Position numbers and translations under genes: made by a program. DNA of 64,000 bases from Octopus vulgaris (taxonomy: Eukaryota). The DNA lies in assembly GCA_951406725.2 (NCBI GenBank), contig OX597826.1, positions 30,876,001 through 30,940,000 on the forward strand. The letters are read 5' to 3'. Positions 56,770 to 64,000 of the stretch are shown piece by piece. Below the pieces are notes generated by a model. The model saw nothing but the letters and a program-made list of their open reading frames with translations, was not told where the DNA came from and did no database searches. Position 1 is the stretch's first letter. The number at the start of each line of letters is the position of its first letter.

Positions 56770-56845
56770 GCGGTACATATGTTTCGGGCCTTTATTAGAC
56801 GGATTTATAACAACATAATGTGTGTCTATGGCCTTCTTCAGCCGC
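56770..56845 (-). ncRNA. Minimal type-I hammerhead ribozyme motif
   Basis: Minus strand GCGG-CTGAAGA-AGGCC.TAGAC...GTCTA..GGCCC-GAAA-CATATG-TA-CCGC; lies between two (TA)n arrays. Confidence 0.75.
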
Positions 56846-56883
56846 GCACAATTACTACCTCAAGGACATGTATTACATCAAAA

Positions 56884-56935
<52 letters not shown>

Positions 56936-57026
56936 AATACAGACAGACGGAACCTGGTAATAAGTAAATACATAAATGCGAAACAAGGTGAAAAAAAATA
57001 ATACTCGTATACCTGAGGTAGAGTAA

Positions 57027-57218
57027 TATACTTTATTGAAAAGTAGCAGAAATATCGCAAAAACTGTTACTCAGAGTTTCCCATTCCCGTTCCTTGGAAG
57101 GTTTGTTTAGAAAATAAAACAGGTTTTACTTTTCTAAATAAAACTATCCGACGAACGGGAACGTGAAACTCTGAGTAACAGTTTTAGTGATATTTCTGCT
57201 GTTTTTCAATAAAGTATA
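57027..57218. mobile_element. ~190-bp foldback element with a hammerhead-like motif in each arm
   Basis: Arms TATACTTTATTGAAAAGTAGCAGAAATATC... / ...GATATTTCTGCTGTTTTTCAATAAAGTATA; + arm 57142-57183 AACTAT-CCGACGA-ACG ggaa CGT-GAAA-CTCTGAG-TA-ACAGTT. Confidence 0.75.
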
Positions 57219-57266
57219 CACACACACACACATATAGTTCTCTTGCTTTGTTGATGTTCTGTGAGT

Positions 57267-57330
<64 letters not shown>

Positions 57331-57608
57331 TAGTGAAACGTAATGGCTTGGTATGTGCATAGTTGTTGTAAAGGGAACGACATGGTATGTGTGTCGATGA
57401 TTGTATGTAGCTACAAAATGTTGAACTGATTTATCAACTCATAAGGTTGAACCAACCTGAGTTTAAAGGTGAGTTGTTCACGTCTGACCGGGATATAGGA
57501 GGGCCTCTGTGAACGATTAGGAAAGGTGACAGCACTTTCTGAGCAGAAATGACGTATAAATTATTTCAATTCCAAACTCGTCGAAACTCATTATATATAA
57601 GAGAAAAG

Positions 57609-58005
57609 AAGGCGGCGAGCTGGCAGAAACGTTAGCACGCCGGGCGAAATGCTTAGCGGTATTTCGTCTACCGTTACGTTCTGAGTTCAAATTCCGCCGA
57701 GGTCGACTTTGCCTTTCATCCTTTTGGGGCCGATAAATTAAGTACCAGTTACTCACTGGTGTTGATGTAATCGACTTAATCCCTTTGTCTGTCCTTGTTT
57801 GTCCCCTCTATGTTTAGCCCCTTGTGGGCAATAAAGAAATAGGTATTCCGTCTGCCGTTAGTTCTGAGTTGAAATTCCACCGAGGTCGACTTTGGCTTTC
57901 ATTCTTTCGGAGTCGATTAAATAAGTACCAGTGACGCACTGAGGTCGATGTACTAGACTTAATCCCTTCCCTCAAATTTGAAACCTTGTGCTTCTAGTAG
58001 AAATG
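57609..58005 (+). mobile_element. Dimeric SINE family A
   Basis: Same two-body layout as 5273-5660; 19-bp TSD ATTATATATAAGAGAAAAG at 57590-57608 and 58006-58024. Confidence 0.9.
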
Positions 58006-59339
58006 ATTATATATAAGAGAAAAGCTAGCACTGCTGAACAAAGTGTGGTGCTACAACAGTCTAAAGCAAAGCTGCTGGCTCAATTCCAAGCTGAAGTCAA
58101 ATTCACTTCGTTTATGCTGTAATATTATTGAAGGTAAGATGTGTGTCTAATGAAGAAGTAGTTAATGAATGAAGAAGGCTTTACTTTATTCGTGCCTAAA
58201 ACAGCAAAATTTATTAAACATGATTAGTTACTCCTGTCAAAGCAATATGTAATTTTTAAGGGGGCAGGAAAAGTATGGAGTGTGACGGTCATGCCTTTCC
58301 TGATTTATATCAACGCCAAAAAGAAAGGAAATATCTACAACTTTATATTGAAACCGTTGTGCTGTTTAAAGCAGGTCGTCTGGATTTATCGATAATTCAA
58401 ATCACACATTTCTGGTGTAATAAAAGAGCATGGTCAGTTTACTGCTAGAAATAGCAACTAAATTTCCCCCAAATCAAAGTTTACTATCTTAATGTAGTCT
58501 TGGATATTTCTATTTAGATAAAACGCTCATGACTAAAATCAGTTTTCTGAATCACGGTTGACAATTGATTGAGCAAACAACGCAATAACAAAGAGAACTA
58601 CAACAACCACAACAATAGCAACAGCAACTCAGGTAATTCATATTTGAATAGAGAAATGAGTAAAGATAGATGGAGAAACAGATAACAGCAAGGTGAGGTG
58701 AAAGTAGATTGAAAAAATAATAGAAAGAAATAAAGAAAGAAATGAAAGGCTCAGAGCTCGGCCTGTGATTGGCTGGCAATGAATTTGAAACAGGAAGCTA
58801 TGATTCATTTCGGGAGAGATAAGGGCTGAGGGAGGGGCTAGACAACGCATCAATAATGTCGACATGCAAGAATAATGTCAAGTTGTGAAAGAAAACTAAA
58901 ACGACAGATAATGAGATGAAGGACCAACATGTGTTAGCCATGACTGTGAAATTCTCACCAGCAATCATAGTAATGAGAAGTAATGGAAAATAACTTATCT
59001 AGGTGTGCTATTATTGTTTAATCCCAGGTCAGTCCTAATCGAACAAACCTATGTTCAAAAGTATTCCATCCATGACCATCCCCTCTTGTTAGGGGATATC
59101 TGGTATTGCATTATCAAATGTATTTTCCTTTATTTTCTTTTTTTTTCCAAGACAACAATTTAATAATTCTAGCGATTACGAAGAGACACCTTTAGAATTG
59201 TTATTGTTAATGAGGGTGTTTAACCCCAAGTAAGACCGAGCCGTTTTATAATCAAGGACAATCCAACCGTCACCATCCCATCTTTTTGTATATCGACGAC
59301 TCCATTGCCCAATGTGTCGTTCATTTTTATTTCAAATGA

Positions 59340-59585
59340 CAGGAAAGAATTACAAGATGGATTTTTCAAGCCGAGACAATCGGCAGCAGACTTAGGAGTC
59401 GACCAAGAACGAAATGGTTGGATACTGTTCTTTAGACTCGCTGGGAATCTAATGGTGGTTACTTCTGATATGACCCTGTGGAAGACGTGCCTGAAGACCC
59501 TACCCCAACGATTCTCCAAGGAATAGTGCGCGGAGAAGATGGATGAATGGATGGATGGATGGATGAAGAAAATGGATGAGTGGAT
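59340..59585 (+). mobile_element. RTE-clade (Expander/Rex3-like) LINE 3' end
   Basis: RSRPRTKWLD...LWKTCLKTLPQR then GAAGATGGATG and a (GGAT)n tail. Confidence 0.55.
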
Positions 59586-59634
59586 TTTGCGATTTTGAGG
59601 TGTCTGGGTTGAAGAGGTTTTATCATTCGGTTAG

Positions 59635-60015
59635 GCTTGAGTCAGTTAATCCCTAGCTGCATATGGAACGTACCCCACTGCTCTCGATTCTATACCTTTT
59701 CTTTCTACTTCCCAACTCTCTTGTCTCCAATTATTTTAGGGCTTCTTCTCTTCCACCTCCATAATGGGCATACGTCTCCCAGAGGAAAGGCTTTCTTCCA
59801 CGTCTTGTTGATTTGTGAATGGTATCGATGAAACTTTGTTTCTTTCTAGGTAGGAGTGTTGGCCCTGCACAAACCCATTTTTACATCTGGAAAGTGGTGG
59901 TCCATATTGTTCTGGTCAATATCCCTTAAGCTATCCAGCATAGAAGGTCCTATCAGCCCTGCTAGCATAGCCGTCAGGATTACTGAGACGCACAAACCAA
60001 CCACAACGCAATAAG
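59635..60015 (-). mobile_element. Possible short RTE-derived element (5'UTR-like plus tail)
   Basis: Minus strand GTGCGTCTCAGTAATCCTGACGGCTATGC...GGGTTTGTGCAGGGCCAACACTCC resembles RTE 5' UTRs as recalled; single copy here. Confidence 0.35.
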
Positions 60016-60440
60016 AACTGGATCTTTTATTTATTCAGAGTCAATAAGCTTGCCTCTCAACTACATTATTTTGGATTCAGCCCCACTGCATAACACCTTG
60101 AGCAAGTGTCATCTACTATAGCCTCAGACCGACCAAAGTCTTGTGAGTGGGTTTCGTAGACGGAAACTGAAAGAAACCCGCCGTATATATGTGTATGTCT
60201 CTACTGTCATGTATGTCTCTACTGTTATGATCTTCAAATCCAAATTTATTTTAGAATTTATGGGAGCAACTGTCTTTGAAGACTCATACTGTCGTTGAAT
60301 GCTCGAAATGAGGAGTAGATAGACAGCCGACAACTGATGAAAGGTCCTTTCTCTGTGTTTACTTGTCCTGTTTTCCATTTTTCTCGTTGTTTACGTATTT
60401 CATGTTATTTACACCATTGGTGATGTCCTGTACCCATATA

Positions 60441-60496
<56 letters not shown>

Positions 60497-60513
60497 CTAT
60501 TTATTATATATAC

Positions 60514-60568
<55 letters not shown>

Positions 60569-61599
60569 TGTGCGTATGTGTGAGTGCATGTGTGTGTATG
60601 AGTGTCTGTATTTGTTCCTTACCACAGCTTGACAACCGGTATTTGTGTGTTTACGTCCCCGTAACTTAGTGGTCCGGCAAAAGAGACCGACTTTAAAGAA
60701 AATAAGTGCTGGGGTCGATCCATTCGACTAAAGTTCTTCAAGACGGTGCCCCAGTATGACCACAGTCTGCTAGCCGAAATAAATAAAAGAAAAGAATAGA
60801 AGACAGCAGACATGAGTGTGAATTCGTAGAATCGATATGCGCTTGTGAGGAGGAAAAGAAAATGTCCACAAACTTCCTCGGGGCCCCCGAGACAGGTGAG
60901 AGGAAGAGAGGACTGTAACCTCAGATCAGAAACTCTGCAAGGAGTACCTAAGGTAATGAGTGAGGATATTAATCTGGGTATTGGATTATGTCCAACACCC
61001 AAGTAAGCTTTGGTGGGATTTGAACTCAGAACATAAAGCGATGGAGCAAACACTGCAATGACATCTCGTTTGACAATGTATACCAGTCCACATTCATGAC
61101 TGGTACTTTGTATATCAACCCAGGAGGAATAAAGGCAATGTTGATCTCGATGAGATTTGAACCAACAACGCAAGAAGCCAGAGAAAATACCATATACTCG
61201 TCAATACTAGTCGATAACTTAACTATCATTTCTTAACTTATAAACTTATCGGTTGATTGCAAAACACTTAATTAATTATAAACTAATCGATAATTTGAAT
61301 CTATGCATATTAGTAACACTACCACCACCATCACCACAATCACTACTACAGCTATGGCTATAACCAATTACACCATCATCGATATCATCTCTAACATCAT
61401 CAACACCACCGACATCGCAGCCGGCTATATCACTCTCTCAGAATATAAAAGGCGAAGCGTTCTAATCCTAGAAAACTATATCTATATGTGTGTTTGTGTG
61501 TGTATGTACATACATACGTATGTGTATGTTTACGTATGTATGTATTTACTTATATATATGTAGGGTGTATGTATGTACACGTATGCACATACATATATT

Positions 61600-61635
<36 letters not shown>

Positions 61636-61886
61636 TAATTGCATTGTTGTGTGTATGTGTTCGCGTGGGTGTGGGGGTAATATTCCAAACATGCTCGGAA
61701 ATACATTTAGATACCCCTTGAGGGCACTTAATGTCTCTCACTTTCTCCTCCCTACCTCTGTCGTTCTCTCTCCCCATATATGTGTATGTGTCTATGTATG
61801 TATATATATATATAAACATATATATATGCATATAGATACATATATATATATTTACAAATATATATGTATGTATATGTGTATATAAA

Positions 61887-61944
<58 letters not shown>

Positions 61945-62202
61945 TTTACCTATCTGTCTGTCTCTCTCTGTCTCCCTCACTCTCTCTGTCTCTCTCTCTC
62001 TATATATATACATATATATATACATATATATATATACATATATATACATGTATATATACACACATATATATATATACTTATATATGTATATATGTACATA
62101 TGTAGATATATGTACGTTTGCGTGTGTCCTAAATGCCTGCGATAATGCATATACCGCTGTAATCCAAAAGCACCTAGACTTTTTATATACACATGCGCAC
62201 TA

Positions 62203-62248
<46 letters not shown>

Positions 62249-62791
62249 ACATACACGCTCACAAACAGACATACACATAGACCCTATATACACTCGTGCA
62301 CCATCTCACAAATAAGCGCTTACGAATCCAGGTGTGTGCGTATGAACGTATGTATGTATGTGTGTATGCGTGAGAGCATACGAAACTATGTGTGTGTGAG
62401 TGTGTGCGTGTGTGTGTGTGCATGGGGAACATGTAGCGTCGTGTATTGTTTTTGTTCACTTCCAGATAAATATTTGAAGGATGATGAGTAAGATGATGGG
62501 TTGTCTTCCGTATGTAACCCAATATTACATAATCAGATTTTTACCTCTCCGTCATCCTGAGTATATGCACACACACACACACACATTTACGTTTGTATGG
62601 ATGTGTGCGTTTATTTACAAAATATATATATTATAAAGTATTAATGTATTATTATATTACTATGAAAAAAATCATATTAATATATTATATATAAATATAT
62701 TACACCAAATATCGTCTCATATATATATATGTGTGTGTGTGTGTATCTACCTATTTGTCTATCTGTCTATATATCTATATATCTATATATC

Positions 62792-62825
<34 letters not shown>

Positions 62826-63328
62826 TCACTATGTGCAAAGAATAGATATTTACATAATCATACCATACACTTTGGTAGCCTAAACTTACCTGGTTTTCAC
62901 ACCAGGAAACCGCTACACACACACACACACACATACATACATACATACATACATAAATACATACATACATACATACATACATACATACATACATACATAC
63001 ATACATACATTGACACCTCCATTTACACAGCCTTATCAGAAGACTGACAAAATAGTTGGCCGAAATACACAGGCTCACGTGCGGATACACATATAAATAT
63101 ACAAAACGTCTCTACACCTGTTTCGACAATCATTTAGCAAATACTCAATCAACTGACCTATCAAACAGAGTAAATTTTGTGTTCTGGAGCAAAACACTTC
63201 ATTTCCCGTTGCTCCTCCAAAATGAATAATAACTTCAAATTAGCTGAGTATTCCGAAGCTACATGAACCCTATACTTAATTCTCAACGCGACAATGATGT
63301 ATGGAGACGGCTGGGCCGTATGAATTGT

Positions 63329-63444
63329 ACTCCGCGCAGTTTGACGGACTCCGTCTGACTTGCACTCCGTCTGACGGACTTCCGCGCAGTTTGACGGACT
63401 CCGTCTGACTTGCACTCCCTCTGACGGACTTCCGCGCAGTTTGA
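63329..63444. repeat. GC-rich 50-bp tandem repeat, about 2.3 copies
   Basis: TCCGCGCAGTTTGA recurs at 63331, 63381 and 63431. Confidence 0.9.
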
Positions 63445-63454
63445 AAAAGAGCAA

Positions 63455-63690
63455 AGATCCTTCTCGAGTCATATAGATTCGTTAAGATCAGTTTCCTGGA
63501 ATTCTGTATATATGCTCATCTCCACCGGAGGGGATGTCGGGCTGTCGCAGGATTAATCATTTTTGCCAGCTGGAGCAACGAGAAATGCAGTGTTTTGCTC
63601 AAGAACACAACACATCGCCCGGTTCAAGAATCGAAACCACAATCTTACGATTGCGAGTTCAAAACCCAACCACTAAACCACGCTCCTCCA
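63455..63690 (-). mobile_element. SINE family C
   Basis: Reverse-complement homolog of 27177-27412. Confidence 0.7.
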
Positions 63691-64000
63691 CTTCTGCATA
63701 GTTTTCATCCACCCAAATGTCACTCCGAAGACACGTTAAATTGAAGTTACGGTTAAGCAGGTCCTATACAAAGGGATCGAACCCGCGACCTTGTGATAGC
63801 CAAATGAACTTCTTAAATACACAGTGATACCTTTTCCATACACACATACGTAAAGTAAGTGGACTTCCGTCGGTTTCGACGGTGCGTGTTCAGTTGTTCT
63901 TTCAACTGAACTATCTTGCTTATTGAATTTACATATACACGGTTGAGTATACCACAGACAAGTAATGTGTGTGACAAAGCTGGACCTTGTAAATTACTTG

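Noticed and set aside
63096-63172. Additional minus-strand hammerhead relic (GAAA-CAGGTG-TA-GAG); similar weak case near 19310-19355
   Set aside because: The CUGANGA core is unrecognisable, so it is not supportable alone.

Overview
Eukaryotic, AT-rich, microsatellite-saturated non-coding DNA with (TA)n, (CA)n, (TATG)n, (GATA)n, (AAT)n, (GAT)n and (AAG)n arrays. The repeat repertoire strongly resembles an octopus (coleoid cephalopod) intron or intergenic region; this is an inference from recalled SINE families. No host protein-coding gene can be supported, and nearly all listed ORFs are microsatellite read-throughs. Recognisable coding remnants are all transposon relics: hAT, Tc1, several mariners, R4/Dong-type RLE LINE pieces, a CR1-like RT, an RTE tail and a Penelope-like GIY-YIG element. 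Several tRNA-derived SINE families are present, some with clean TSDs. The most striking hidden signal is a set of about 9 minimal type-I hammerhead-ribozyme motifs (CUGANGA...GAAA-palindrome-UH) in apparently unrelated small non-coding elements. One lies in a 355-bp unit with a 134-bp terminal redundancy (retrozyme-like), two lie in foldback elements, and one relic lies in the Penelope terminal repeat. Other notable items: a (TAA)n-associated 550-bp element sharing junctions with the R4/Dong LINE, a dimeric SINE, a SINE/LINE shared 3' stem-loop, and an ETS-YY1-NRF1 promoter-like motif set. All structures were read by eye; none was computed.
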